A stretch of DNA of 63,693 nucleotides, the filler included, from an uncultured Gemmatimonadota bacterium (lineage in GTDB: Bacteria; Blakebacterota; Blakebacteria; Blakebacterales; Blakebacteraceae), in assembly GCA_964576115.1 (NCBI GenBank). It is 4 parts of 4 records of this genome, joined end to end, with 100 filler letters (N's around TTAATTAATTAA, not from the genome) between each part and the next. Parts side by side here need not be neighbours in the genome. Positions count along the whole stretch, not along the records: positions 34,370 to 51,173 come from CAZNUA010000064.1; 3 more parts are not named here. The stretch is one strand, 5' to 3'. The notes below the pieces were generated by a model. It did no database searches, was not told the origin of the DNA, and worked only from the letters and a program-made list of their open reading frames with translations. Both the position numbers and the translations under genes were made by a program. Below, piece by piece: positions 39,232 to 49,761 of the stretch (the first letter of the stretch is position 1; every line of letters starts with the position of its first letter).

Positions 39232-40929
39232 ATGTCTCTCGAAACGATCCGCAATCCCGACGGTCTCATCGAAGCCGTCTTCCACGGCGAGGGGCGCCGG
39301 CCTCCTCTACTGACCGCCGGGGTTCTTGCAGCCCTCGAAGAACTCGTCGCCGCCGCCGAATCCAAACCCCCCGCCGGGCTCATCTTCCGGGCCGACGGTG
39401 AGGGCGACTTTCAGGCCGGTGTCAACCTCGAGGCGATGGCCGAAGTACGCACGGCCGAAGAGGCCCGGGCCGCATCCCGCACGGTTCAGCTCCTCTACGA
39501 GCGGATCGCCTGCCTCTCCTGCCCCGTTGTGGCGGCCGTGTCGGGACGCTGCCTGGGCGGGGGAACCGAACTCATCCTGGCCTGTCACGCCCGTCTGGCG
39601 ACCGACGACACAAGCACCGCCATCGCTCTGCCCGAAATCAACCTCGGCCTCATCCCCGGCTACGGCGGCACCCAACGCCTGCCCCGAATCGTCGGCCAGC
39701 AGGCGGCTCTGAACATGATTCTGACCGGCAATCCGGTCGGAGCCCGCAAAGCTCTGGAAACAGGCCTGGTGGACCGGCTGGCGCCGCCCGGGCAGCTGCG
39801 CGAGACCGCCACCGAACTGGTGCACGACCTGCAGGCCGGGCGGGCGGCCCGGCTCGAACCCCGCCCCCGGCTCACCCCCACCGACTGGATGCTCGAACGC
39901 ACCCGACGAGGACGCCGGCTGGTTCGAGAGCGGTATGCCCGGGTGACCCGCCGCCGGACCGGCGGTCACTACCCCGCCCCCGAAATGGCCATCGAGGCGA
40001 TCGGCCTGGCGGCCGAGAAGACCCCCCTGGAACGGGGCCTGGAGCGCGAGGCGGAGATGATCGCCGAGCTGATGGCCGGTGAAGTACATCCCCATCTGCT
40101 CGGCCTGCTGCGGGCCCGCCAGGCTCTGCGCCGTCCGCGGGGAACTGACCCCGAGAGCGGCGAGCCGAGTGATCTCGCCGCTGGCTTCGACCCCCCCGCC
40201 GAACTCACCGCCTCGCTGCGCCGGATCATGGAGACCGCCCCCTGGCCCGCCGAGGCCGACCGGCGGACCGGACTTCCGGCCCGACCGGGTTGCGGTGTAT
40301 TGCGGCGGCTGCCGCGGGCTTTGCCTCCGACGACCGTCGAAATCGCCTGGGCGGGCGATGGCGAACCAGCCGGGTTTCCCGACACCGCCCGGCACCTGAT
40401 CGCCGCGGCGGGGATGACCCCGCTGTTCACCCGCTCGATCGATACCAGCCCTGGGCTGGCCCTGCTGGCGGCTTATCTGCGCGAGGGGGACCGGCTCTGG
40501 TCCGAAGGGTGGGAGAAGGACCGGGTGGACGAAATCCTCCAGGCATGGGGCATGAAATACGGCCCCTTCGCCCTGGCCGAAGCGCTCGGCGAACCCTGGC
40601 TCGCACAGCTCGACGACCTGCCTCAACGCCCGGTCCCCGAACCGCTCGAGGGCGGCACGGCCCCGACCGGGAACCGGGCAACGGACAAGAACGAAGCCGG
40701 ACTCATCGAAGAGGTTATCGCCGCTCTCTGGCTCGAGATGGAACGGCTGCACGGGCAGGTGGCCGAACCGGTCGCCGAGGGCTGGCTCGTGCTCGACGTC
40801 TTCGTGCTCGGCGGACCGGCCTTCCGGGGCGGCCTGGCAGGAGCGGCACGCTTGCTGGGGAGAGCGTCTCTTACCGCCCGCCTCGACGAGCTCGCCCGCC
40901 GCTACGGCGCTCCTTATTGCCGGAACTGA
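39232..40929 (+). CDS. FadJ/FadB-like protein: intact enoyl-CoA hydratase domain, eroded 3-hydroxyacyl-CoA dehydrogenase part
   Basis: FQAGVNL, CLGGGTELILAC, LPEINLGLIPGYGGTQRLPR, GHYPAP; no GxGxxG motif after the linker. Confidence 0.8.
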   Translation: MSLETIRNPDGLIEAVFHGEGRRPPLLTAGVLAALEELVAAAESKPPAGLIFRADGEGDFQAGVNLEAMAEVRTAEEARAASRTVQLLYERIACLSCPVVAAVSGRCLGGGTELILACHARLATDDTSTAIALPEINLGLIPGYGGTQRLPRIVGQQAALNMILTGNPVGARKALETGLVDRLAPPGQLRETATELVHDLQAGRAARLEPRPRLTPTDWMLERTRRGRRLVRERYARVTRRRTGGHYPAPEMAIEAIGLAAEKTPLERGLEREAEMIAELMAGEVHPHLLGLLRARQALRRPRGTDPESGEPSDLAAGFDPPAELTASLRRIMETAPWPAEADRRTGLPARPGCGVLRRLPRALPPTTVEIAWAGDGEPAGFPDTARHLIAAAGMTPLFTRSIDTSPGLALLAAYLREGDRLWSEGWEKDRVDEILQAWGMKYGPFALAEALGEPWLAQLDDLPQRPVPEPLEGGTAPTGNRATDKNEAGLIEEVIAALWLEMERLHGQVAEPVAEGWLVLDVFVLGGPAFRGGLAGAARLLGRASLTARLDELARRYGAPYCRN

Positions 40930-41110
40930 TACCGGCCGGTCCAGTTCCTCATTTGATCAGCGCCGGGAAAACCCGCCTGAAGACCAGCTTGTAGAACCGT
41001 AATAGAAACGACGTTCTCCCGGAACAGTTCGTCTCCGGTCTTGTTTTTTCGAGCGCTATTGACGATTCTCAGAGTACTGAGTCTGAAATTCATTCCTCGG
41101 AGGACACACC

Positions 41111-44100
41111 ATGAGTTCCGCACGCTCGATCGTCACCATCGATGGAAATGAAGCCGCTGCCCGCATGGCCTTCAAAGTCAGCGAAGTCGTCGCCATTTAC
41201 CCCATCACGCCCTCCTCTTCGATGGGTGAGCTCGCCGATGCCTGGGCCGCCGACGGGCAGACGAATATCTGGGGAACAGTCCCGCTGGTCGTCGAGTTGC
41301 AGAGCGAAGGCGGGGCTTCGGGAGCGGTTCACGGCGCCCTGCAGGGCGGTGCCCTGACCACCACCTTCACGGCTTCGCAGGGTCTGCTGCTGATGCTGCC
41401 GAACATGTTCAAGATCGCCGGCGAACTCACACCCGCCGTCTTCCATGTGTCGGCCCGCTCGGTGGCTGCCCAGGCCCTCTCGATCTTCGGCGACCACAGT
41501 GACGTGATGGCTGCCCGCAGCACCGGCTGGGGCCTGCTTGCTTCGGGCAGCATTCAGGAGGTGCACGACCTGGCCCTTATCGCTTCGGCCGCCACCCTCG
41601 AGGCCCAGGTGCCGATCGTGCATTTCTTTGACGGCTTCCGCACCAGCAGCGAAGTGATGAAGATCGAAGCCCTGACCGATGACGATGCCCGGGCTATGAT
41701 CAACATGGAGGCGGTTGCCACCCACAAGGCCCGCCGCATGAACCCCGACAATCCCTTCATCCGCGGTACGGCTCAGAATCCCGACGTCTTTTTCCAGGCC
41801 CGCGAGACGGTCAATCCCTGGTACGAAAAATGCCCCGGGATCGTGCAGCAGGCGATGGACCGCTTCGCCGAACTCACCGGCCGTTCCTATCACCTCTTCG
41901 ACTACGTCGGACCCGAGGACGCCGAGCGGGTGATGGTGATCATGGCCAGCGGCGCCGAGACCGCCGACGAGACCGTCCGCTACCTGAACGAGACCGCCGG
42001 CGAGAAGGTCGGAGTCGTCAAGGTGCACCTCTACCGTCCCTTCTCGGTCGAACATTTCATGGCCGCCCTGCCCGCCACGGTGCAGAAGATCGCCGTGCTC
42101 GACCGCACCAAGGAGCCGGGCAGTCTCGGCGAGCCCCTGTACACCGACGTGGTGACGGCCGTGGTCGAGGGTATGCACCGCGGCCTGGCACCCTTCGATG
42201 AAGCTCCCATCATCACCGGCGGCCGGTACGGTCTCTCGTCGAAGGAATTCACCCCGGCCATGGTCAAGGGTGTTTTCGACGAGCTGAAGTCCGACGATCC
42301 GAAGAACCACTTCACGATCGGCATCTACGACGACGTCACCAACACCAGCCTGACGTGGGATCCTGCCTTCTCAACCGAATCCGACGACGTTTTCCGCGGT
42401 CTCTTCTTCGGCCTGGGAGCCGACGGTACGGTCGGCGCGAACAAGAATTCGATCAAGATCATCGGCGAGGAGACCGAGAACTACGCCCAGGGCTATTTCG
42501 TCTATGATTCGCGCAAGGCGGGTTCGCGCACGGTCAGCCACCTGCGTTTCGGAAAGCAGCCGATTCACTCCACCTACCTGATTCACTCGGCCAACTTCGT
42601 GGCCGTGCATCAGGAGCAGTTTCTCGAGAAATTCGAGCCGCTCGACAAGGCCGTGCCGGGCGCGATCCTGCTCCTGAACACCACCACTCCCCCCGAAGAG
42701 GTCTGGGCCAGCCTGCCCCGCTCGACCCAGGAACAGGTCATCGCCAAGAACATCGAGGTCTGGGCGATCGACGCCTACCGGGTGGCCCGCGAGGCCGAGA
42801 TGGGAGCCCGCATCAACACCATCATGCAGACCTGTTTCTTCGCCATCTCGGGCATCCTGCCGCGTGAGGAGGCAATCGCGAAGATCAAGGAAGCAATCAA
42901 GAAGACCTACGGCCTGAAGGGCGACGCGGTGGTGCAGCAGAACTACGCCGCGGTCGATCGCACCCTGGAGAACCTGCACCGGATCGAGGTCGGCACCGAA
43001 GTCACTTCGACCGTCGAGCGACCCCCTGTCGTACCGGTCGAAGCACCGGAGTTCGTACAGCAGGTCACGGCCGAGATCATCGCCGGTCGGGGCGACGAAC
43101 TGCCCACCAGCAAACTGCCGCCCGACGGTACGTATCCCCTCTCCACCACCCAGTGGGAAAAGCGCAACATCGCCCAGGAAGTACCGGTCTGGGATCCCGA
43201 GGTCTGCATCCAGTGCAACAAGTGCGTGATGGTTTGCCCGCATGCCACCATCCGCCGCAAGGTCTACGATCCCGAACTGCTCGAGAACGCACCCGAGACC
43301 TTCAAGCACACCGCCGCCAGCGGCAAGAACTGGCCCGAGGGGTGGGTCACCACCCTGCAGGTGGCGGTCGAAGACTGCACCGGCTGCGGTTCGTGCGTCG
43401 AGGTCTGCCCGGCCAAGAACAAGGAGGTGGCGGGCCGCAAGGCGATCAACATGGAGCCCCAGGCCCCGCTGCGCGAGGCCGAGGTCGAGAACTGGAAGTT
43501 CTTCCTGGACCTGCCCGAGTACGACCGGTCGGCCCTGAAGATCAGCACCGTCAAGGAGAGCCAGCTGCTGCAGCCGCTCTTCGAGTTCTCGGGTGCCTGT
43601 GCGGGCTGCGGCGAGACCCCGTACGTGAAGCTGCTCAGCCAGCTCTTCGGCGAACGGGCTCTGATCGCCAACGCCACCGGCTGCTCGAGCATCTACTGCG
43701 GCAACCTGCCCACCACGCCATGGGCCGCCAACGCCGAGGGGCGCGGGCCGGCCTGGTCGAACAGTCTCTTCGAGGACAACGCCGAGTTCGGTTTCGGCTT
43801 CCGGCTGGCCGCCGACAAGCTGGGCGAGTACGCCCGCGAGCTGGTCGGCAAGCTCGCCGGCACCCTGGGTGACGAGCTGGCCACCGCCATCCTCGAGGCC
43901 GATCAGAGCACCGAGGGCGGGATCGGCGAGCAGCGCCGGCGGGTCGGCGAGCTCAAGGACAAGCTCGATCAAGAGACCGATCCACTGGCCGCCGAACTGC
44001 TCGGGGTCGCCGACTTCCTGGTCAAGAAGAGCGTCTGGATCATGGGCGGCGACGGCTGGGCCTACGATATCGGCTACGGCGGTCTCGACCACGTGCTGGC

Positions 44101-44689
44101 CTGCGGCCGCGACGTCAATGTGCTGGTGCTCGATACAGAGGTCTACTCCAACACCGGCGGTCAGGCGTCGAAGTCCACCCCGCGCGCGGCGGTGGCCAAG
44201 TTCGCTGCCGCCGGCAAAGGCATGCCGAAGAAGGACCTGGGCCGTATCTCGATGACCTACGGGAACATCTACGTGGCCCAGGTCGCCATGGGCGCCAACG
44301 ACAGCCAGTGTCTGAAGGCCTTCCTTGAAGCCGACGCCTACGATGGTCCCAGCCTGATCATCGCTTACTGCCACTGCATCGCCCACGGCGTGGACATGAC
44401 CACGGGTATGACACACCAGAAGGAAGCCGTCGCCTCGGGTCACTGGCCGCTCTACCGGTACAACCCGGTCCTGCTCATGGAGGGCAAGAATCCGCTCAGC
44501 ATCGACTCGAAGGCCCCCTCGATCCCGATCGAGGAGTACGCCTACAAGGAGACCCGCTACCGCGTGCTCACCAAGACCAAGCCGGAGCGGGCCAAGATGC
44601 TGCTCGAGGCCGCCCAGGCCGATGCCGACCATCGCTGGGAAGCCTACCAGCAGCTCCTCGAGGCGTTCGAGAACAACGGCGAGAAATAA
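41111..44689 (+). CDS. nifJ: Pyruvate:ferredoxin (flavodoxin) oxidoreductase, single-chain
   Basis: YPITPSS, QSEGGA, FDGFRTS, GADGTVG, CIQCNKC...CP and CTGCGSC...CP, GACAGCGE, GGDGWAYDIG. Confidence 0.98.
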   Translation: MSSARSIVTIDGNEAAARMAFKVSEVVAIYPITPSSSMGELADAWAADGQTNIWGTVPLVVELQSEGGASGAVHGALQGGALTTTFTASQGLLLMLPNMFKIAGELTPAVFHVSARSVAAQALSIFGDHSDVMAARSTGWGLLASGSIQEVHDLALIASAATLEAQVPIVHFFDGFRTSSEVMKIEALTDDDARAMINMEAVATHKARRMNPDNPFIRGTAQNPDVFFQARETVNPWYEKCPGIVQQAMDRFAELTGRSYHLFDYVGPEDAERVMVIMASGAETADETVRYLNETAGEKVGVVKVHLYRPFSVEHFMAALPATVQKIAVLDRTKEPGSLGEPLYTDVVTAVVEGMHRGLAPFDEAPIITGGRYGLSSKEFTPAMVKGVFDELKSDDPKNHFTIGIYDDVTNTSLTWDPAFSTESDDVFRGLFFGLGADGTVGANKNSIKIIGEETENYAQGYFVYDSRKAGSRTVSHLRFGKQPIHSTYLIHSANFVAVHQEQFLEKFEPLDKAVPGAILLLNTTTPPEEVWASLPRSTQEQVIAKNIEVWAIDAYRVAREAEMGARINTIMQTCFFAISGILPREEAIAKIKEAIKKTYGLKGDAVVQQNYAAVDRTLENLHRIEVGTEVTSTVERPPVVPVEAPEFVQQVTAEIIAGRGDELPTSKLPPDGTYPLSTTQWEKRNIAQEVPVWDPEVCIQCNKCVMVCPHATIRRKVYDPELLENAPETFKHTAASGKNWPEGWVTTLQVAVEDCTGCGSCVEVCPAKNKEVAGRKAINMEPQAPLREAEVENWKFFLDLPEYDRSALKISTVKESQLLQPLFEFSGACAGCGETPYVKLLSQLFGERALIANATGCSSIYCGNLPTTPWAANAEGRGPAWSNSLFEDNAEFGFGFRLAADKLGEYARELVGKLAGTLGDELATAILEADQSTEGGIGEQRRRVGELKDKLDQETDPLAAELLGVADFLVKKSVWIMGGDGWAYDIGYGGLDHVLACGRDVNVLVLDTEVYSNTGGQASKSTPRAAVAKFAAAGKGMPKKDLGRISMTYGNIYVAQVAMGANDSQCLKAFLEADAYDGPSLIIAYCHCIAHGVDMTTGMTHQKEAVASGHWPLYRYNPVLLMEGKNPLSIDSKAPSIPIEEYAYKETRYRVLTKTKPERAKMLLEAAQADADHRWEAYQQLLEAFENNGEK

Positions 44690-44755
44690 ACTTCGGGAAG
44701 GGAGTCGTCACCCGCATACCATCACGATCTGATCCACCGGGGAGGGAGTTGTGCA

Positions 44756-45742
44756 ATGGATCTGAGTACCGACTATCTGGGACTGTCCCTGAAGAATCCG
44801 CTCGTCGTCGGGGCCTCGCCCCTGACCGCCGAGCCCGACGGCTGCCGGCAGCTCGAAGACGCCGGCGCCGCCGCCCTCGTACTGCCCTCGCTCTTTCAGG
44901 AGCAGATTATCCGCGAGAGCGAGGAATTCACCACGCGCATGACGGAGGGAACCGAATCCTTCCCCGAGGCGCTGACCTATTTCCCCGATTTCGACGACAC
45001 CTACATCGGGCCGCAGTCCTACCTCGAGCACATCCGGGCAGTCAAAGAGGCGGTCGACATCCCCGTCATCGCCAGCTTGAACGGCATCACCACCGGGGGC
45101 TGGACCGATTACAGCCGCCTCATGCAGGAGGCGGGAGCCGACGCCCTGGAGCTGAATATCTACTTCCTGCCCACCGATCCCACCATGAGCGCGGGAGCGG
45201 TTGAGGAACTCTATCTGGGCGTACTGGCCGAGACCAAACTCACCACCTCGATCCCGATCGCGGTCAAACTGAGTCCCTGGTTCTCGGCGATCGCTAATCT
45301 GGCCACCCGGATCGACGAAGAGGGAGCGGACGGACTGGTACTCTTCAACCGATTCTACCAGCCGACCATCAATCTCGAAACCCTCGAGGTTGAACCAGAC
45401 CTGGTACTCTCCACCCCCTTCGCGAGCCGGCTGCCCCTGCGCTGGATAGCGCTTCTCTCCAGTCATATATCGGCCAGTCTGGCCGCCACCTCGGGAGTAC
45501 ACTCGCACGAGGACGTTCTGCGACTCCTGCTGGCCGGCGCTGACGCCGTGCAGCTCGTCGCCGTGCTCATGCAGAACGGCACCGCCGGACTCACCCCCAT
45601 CCTCAAAGACATGCAGGCCTGGATGGAGGAGAAGGAATACGACTCGGTGGCCCAGCTCAAAGGCAGCCTGAACGCCGCCACGGTCGCAGACCCGGCGGCC
45701 TTCGAACGGGCCAATTACATGAAGACCCTTCACTCGTGGTAG
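44756..45742 (+). CDS. Dihydroorotate dehydrogenase-like FMN protein (PFOR-associated subfamily)
   Basis: DLSTDYLGLSLKNP, IASLNG, LELNIY, VKLSP, LFNRFYQP, LRWIA, AFERANY. Confidence 0.9.
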   Translation: MDLSTDYLGLSLKNPLVVGASPLTAEPDGCRQLEDAGAAALVLPSLFQEQIIRESEEFTTRMTEGTESFPEALTYFPDFDDTYIGPQSYLEHIRAVKEAVDIPVIASLNGITTGGWTDYSRLMQEAGADALELNIYFLPTDPTMSAGAVEELYLGVLAETKLTTSIPIAVKLSPWFSAIANLATRIDEEGADGLVLFNRFYQPTINLETLEVEPDLVLSTPFASRLPLRWIALLSSHISASLAATSGVHSHEDVLRLLLAGADAVQLVAVLMQNGTAGLTPILKDMQAWMEEKEYDSVAQLKGSLNAATVADPAAFERANYMKTLHSW

Positions 45743-45832
45743 GAGGGCCTTGACCCTGGCCTGTGAAAGTGGGAAACTGGTCATGAGGGCCCACAAGGTT
45801 CTCACACCGGACACCAGTTAAACACGTTGAGA

Positions 45833-45866
45833 GCCCCGTCGCCGTCAGGCGGCGGGGCCTTCCTTT
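45833..45866 (+). terminator. Probable intrinsic terminator after the nifJ-DHOD-like operon
   Basis: GCCCCGTCGCC-GTCA-GGCGGCGGGGC followed by CTTCCTTT. Confidence 0.5.
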
Positions 45867-45931
45867 GCGAGGGGGATCCCGGCCCGGGAACCTGCCGTGC
45901 GGGATTCCTGTATACACTCGGGAGGCAGCCG

Positions 45932-46930
45932 ATGCGCGCCATGGTTCTGCACGAGCAGAAAGAGATCGAAGCACGTCCCCTGACGGCTCAGGATGTACCG
46001 ATTCCCGAACCCGGGCCGGGACAGATCCGGGTCAAGGTCGAGGCCTGCGGGCTGTGCCGGACCGACCTGCATACCGCCGAAGGTGACCTGGAACTGCACC
46101 GCTCCCCCATCATTCCCGGCCATCAGATTGCCGGTACGGTCGAACATCAGGGACCGGAGACGAGCCGATTCGCGATCGGAGATCGGGTGGGGATCGCCTG
46201 GTTGAACTCGACCTGCGGACAGTGCCGCTTCTGCTCCTCGGGTCGCGAGAATCTCTGCCTGGAAGGCCGTTTTACCGGCTGGGACGTCGACGGCGGCTAC
46301 GCCGAGTATACCGTTATAGGCGAAGCCTGGGCCTACGCCCTGCCCGACGGGATCGGCTTCGTCGAAGCCACTCCACTGCTCTGCGGCGGCATCGTCGGCT
46401 ACCGCGGTCTGAAGATGGCCGAACCGGCTCCGGGGCAACGTCTGGGTATGTACGGCTTCGGGAACTCGGCTCACGTCATCATCCAGGTGGCCCGCCATCT
46501 CGGTTGCGAGGTATCCGTCTTCACCCGGGCCGAACATCACAAACAGCACGCCGAGGAACTGGGTGCCGCCTGGATCGGCACCCCCCCCGAACGCCCGCCG
46601 TGGCCGCTCGACGCCTCGATCATGTTCGCTCCAGCCGGTACGCTGGTGCCCGAAGCTCTGCAGACCCTCGACCGCGGCGGCACCCTGGTCCTGGGCGGTA
46701 TCTACATGACCGCCATCCCCGAGATGGAGTACCTTCCCTACTTGTGGGATTCGAAAGTGCTGCGCAGCGTGGCCCATGCCACACGCACCGACGGCGAGGA
46801 ACTGCTCCGGTATGCAGCTGAGATCCCCATCACCACCGACACCCGGACCTTCGCTCTCGACGAGGTGAACGAAGCCCTGTTGATGATGAAAGACAGCCAG
46901 CTCACCGGTGATGCCGTTCTCGTTCCCTGA
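45932..46930 (+). CDS. Zinc-dependent alcohol dehydrogenase (AdhP/MDR family)
   Basis: CGLCRTDLH, PGHQ, CGQCRFC...ENLC, PLLCGG, GMYGFG; GGAGG SD. Confidence 0.93.
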   Translation: MRAMVLHEQKEIEARPLTAQDVPIPEPGPGQIRVKVEACGLCRTDLHTAEGDLELHRSPIIPGHQIAGTVEHQGPETSRFAIGDRVGIAWLNSTCGQCRFCSSGRENLCLEGRFTGWDVDGGYAEYTVIGEAWAYALPDGIGFVEATPLLCGGIVGYRGLKMAEPAPGQRLGMYGFGNSAHVIIQVARHLGCEVSVFTRAEHHKQHAEELGAAWIGTPPERPPWPLDASIMFAPAGTLVPEALQTLDRGGTLVLGGIYMTAIPEMEYLPYLWDSKVLRSVAHATRTDGEELLRYAAEIPITTDTRTFALDEVNEALLMMKDSQLTGDAVLVP

Positions 46931-46950
46931 CGACCGGGAGGTTTGAACCG

Positions 46951-48648
46951 ATGCGACGTCGCATCCCGACCGTCATACTCCTGCTCTTTTTTCTGCCGAG
47001 CCTCCTGTGCGCCGGCCCCGGCCGGCTCTCGGCCCAGGTCCAGCGTACCATGCCGTGGCGCCCGCCCGCGGTGGGCAACCACGGCGCGGTGACAGCCGGT
47101 CACCCGCTGGCGGCCCAGGTGGGTTTTGAGGTCCTGCGGGCCGGGTACAACGCCGTCGATGCGGCGGTGGCCATGGCCGGCGTGCTGGGGGTCGTACGAC
47201 CCCATATGAACGGCATCGGCGGCGACACCTTCATGCTCATCTACTCGGCAACCGATAACCGGATCTATGGTCTGAACGGCTCGGGTCGGGCAGGTAGCGG
47301 GGCCGATGCCGCCGAACTGCGCCGGCGCGGCCTGACCCGCATGCCGACCCGGGGCCTGGAGCCGGTCACCGTACCGGGGACGGTGAGCGCCTGGGCCGCC
47401 GCAGTTTCCCGCTTCGGCACCCGCTCGCTCGCCGAACTGCTCCAGCCGGCGGTAACCCTGGCGTTCGGGGGTTTCCCCGTCTCGCCGAAGCTCGAGCGCG
47501 ACCTGATCGCCGCCCGCGCCCTGATCGAACGCACTCCGGCCCTGAGTGAGATCTTCATGCCGGACGGAGAGCTGCTCACGATCGGCGATCTCTGCGTCCA
47601 GCCCGCGCTGGGCGCCAGCCTGCGCCAGATCGGCAGCAGTGGGGGTGAGGCTTTGTACCGCGGCGACATCGCTGCGGCCCTGGCCGCCTTCTTCGCCGCC
47701 GAAGGTGGCGCGATCACGGCCGACGACCTGGCCGCTCATGAGAGCACCTGGGTCGAACCGATCAGCACCACCTACCGGGGTCTCGAAGTCTATACCCTGC
47801 CCCCCAATACTCAGGGTATCGCTCTGCTGATGCTCCTGAACCTGGTCGAGACGGCCGGCATCGCGGAGACCGACGCCGGTACCGCCGGTTACCTGCATAC
47901 CCTCATCGAGGCCAAGAAACTGGCCTTCGCGGACCGGGACGCGCATGTGGCCGATCCCGACCGCTATGCCGCTCCGATCGACTCCCTGTTGAGTAAATTT
48001 TACGCCCGGGAGCGGGCCGCTCTCATCGATCCCGACCGGGCCGCGGTCGAAGTAGATCCCGGCCGGCCGGGTGCGGACTCGAACGACACCGCCGTCTGCA
48101 CCGCCGCCGACATCTACGGCAATGTCGTGGTCCTTATCCAGAGCCTGTTCAATGTCTTCGGTTCCGGAGTCGTCGCCGGCGAAACCGGCATCATTCTGCA
48201 GAACCGGGGGGCGCTCTTCACGCTCGAGGCCGGGCACCCGAACGAACTCGCAGCAGGCCAGCGTCCCTACCACACCCTCTGCCCCAGCCTCATCCTGCGC
48301 GACGGCCGCCCCGTGCTCGGACTGGCAACTCCCGGCGGTGACGGTCAGGCGCAGACCCTGGTACAGGTCATCAACACCTGGCACCTCTTCGGGCTCAACA
48401 TCCAGTCGGCCATCGAAGCACCCCGCTTCAGGTCTTACGACGGAGTTTCGGTGAGCCTGGAAGATGGCGTCGGTCTGGAAACGATTTCCGAACTCGAGTC
48501 GCGGGGACATGCGATCCGGCTTTTCACAACCGGGCTCTCAGCCGACTTCGGCGGTGCTCAGGGAATCGTCATCCTGCAACGGCCGGCCGGACTCGTCTAT
48601 ATCGCCGGAGCCGATCCCCGCCGCGAAGCCGTAGCCCTGGCATGGTAG
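46951..48648 (+). CDS. ggt: Gamma-glutamyltransferase
   Basis: Signal peptide; NAVDAAVA, GIGGD, VPGTV, PPNTQG, ND/TAVC autocleavage Thr, LQNRG, RPYHT, PGGDGQ, ADPRR. Confidence 0.9.
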   Translation: MRRRIPTVILLLFFLPSLLCAGPGRLSAQVQRTMPWRPPAVGNHGAVTAGHPLAAQVGFEVLRAGYNAVDAAVAMAGVLGVVRPHMNGIGGDTFMLIYSATDNRIYGLNGSGRAGSGADAAELRRRGLTRMPTRGLEPVTVPGTVSAWAAAVSRFGTRSLAELLQPAVTLAFGGFPVSPKLERDLIAARALIERTPALSEIFMPDGELLTIGDLCVQPALGASLRQIGSSGGEALYRGDIAAALAAFFAAEGGAITADDLAAHESTWVEPISTTYRGLEVYTLPPNTQGIALLMLLNLVETAGIAETDAGTAGYLHTLIEAKKLAFADRDAHVADPDRYAAPIDSLLSKFYARERAALIDPDRAAVEVDPGRPGADSNDTAVCTAADIYGNVVVLIQSLFNVFGSGVVAGETGIILQNRGALFTLEAGHPNELAAGQRPYHTLCPSLILRDGRPVLGLATPGGDGQAQTLVQVINTWHLFGLNIQSAIEAPRFRSYDGVSVSLEDGVGLETISELESRGHAIRLFTTGLSADFGGAQGIVILQRPAGLVYIAGADPRREAVALAW

Positions 48649-48753
48649 GCCGCCTTTGACGACCAGGGTGAATCCCCTACAATGGGTACATCAATTTCAG
48701 TGACTGTCCCGGGATATACCCGGGGCGCGAATCGGCCCTGACGCCGCGAGGAG

Positions 48754-49761
48754 ATGATGAACACACGCCTGACGAAGATCGCCGGCACCGGGCACTACGT
48801 GCCCGAACGCGTAGTCACCAACTTCGATCTCGAGAAACTGATGGACACCAGCGACGAGTGGATCCGGGAGCGGACCGGTATCCGGGAGCGCCGCTTCGTC
48901 GAACCGGGCACCGGCTCGAGCGACCTGGGACATCAGGCGGCCCTAGCGGCGTTGGATGAAGCGGGCTGGCAGCCCGACGAGATCGAATTCATCGTCTTCG
49001 CCACTCTCTCACCCGACTACTACTTCCCCGGCGACGGGGTACTGCTGCAGAACCTGCTCGGCATCGACCAGGTCGGCGCCCTCGACGTGCGCAACCAGTG
49101 CAGTGGCTTCGTCTACGGTCTCTCGGTAGCCGACGCCCTGATCCGCTGCGGTCAGTACAACCGCATCCTGCTGGTGGGGGCCGAAGTGCACTCCACCGGT
49201 CTGAACATGTCGACCGCCGGCCGCGACACCGCCGTGCTCTTCGGCGACGGGGGGGGGGCGGTCTGCCTCGAGGTCACCGACGGTTCCGACGGTTCGCACC
49301 TGCTCTCCCACTACCTGCACTCCGACGGGCGGTACGCCGAAGATCTCTGCATGCGGGTCCCCTCGGCGAAGATGAAGCCGGTCATCTCGCACGAACTGGT
49401 TGACAGCGATATGATCTACCCGAGCATGCGGGGTCGCGAGGTCTTCAAACACGCCGTCACCAAATTCCCGGCCGTGATTCTCGAGGCACTGGCAGCCGAG
49501 AACCTTACCCCCGAGGACCTGGCCCTGATCATTCCCCACCAGGCCAACGAGCGGATCACCGAGGGCCTGCGCAAGCGCATCGGCCTACCCGACGAGCGGG
49601 TCTACTCCAACATCGCCCGCTACGGCAACACGACCGCCGGGAGCATCCCCATCGCCCTGAGCGAGGTGGTCAAGGCCGGGATCATCGAGCGCGGCGATCT
49701 GGTCTGCCTGGTGGCTTTCGGCTCCGGTTTCACCTGGGCGGCCAGCCTGCTCCGCTACTGA
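48754..49761 (+). CDS. fabH: 3-oxoacyl-ACP synthase III
   Basis: DTSDEWIRERTGI, NQCSGF, LFGDG, PHQAN, YGNT, FGSGFTW. Confidence 0.95.
   Translation: MMNTRLTKIAGTGHYVPERVVTNFDLEKLMDTSDEWIRERTGIRERRFVEPGTGSSDLGHQAALAALDEAGWQPDEIEFIVFATLSPDYYFPGDGVLLQNLLGIDQVGALDVRNQCSGFVYGLSVADALIRCGQYNRILLVGAEVHSTGLNMSTAGRDTAVLFGDGGGAVCLEVTDGSDGSHLLSHYLHSDGRYAEDLCMRVPSAKMKPVISHELVDSDMIYPSMRGREVFKHAVTKFPAVILEALAAENLTPEDLALIIPHQANERITEGLRKRIGLPDERVYSNIARYGNTTAGSIPIALSEVVKAGIIERGDLVCLVAFGSGFTWAASLLRY

Noticed and set aside
42371-44632. 753-aa minus-strand ORF (and similar ones at 27751-29316, 46738-48510, 54125-55744, 59915-61717)
   Set aside because: Antisense shadows of well-supported genes on the opposite strand
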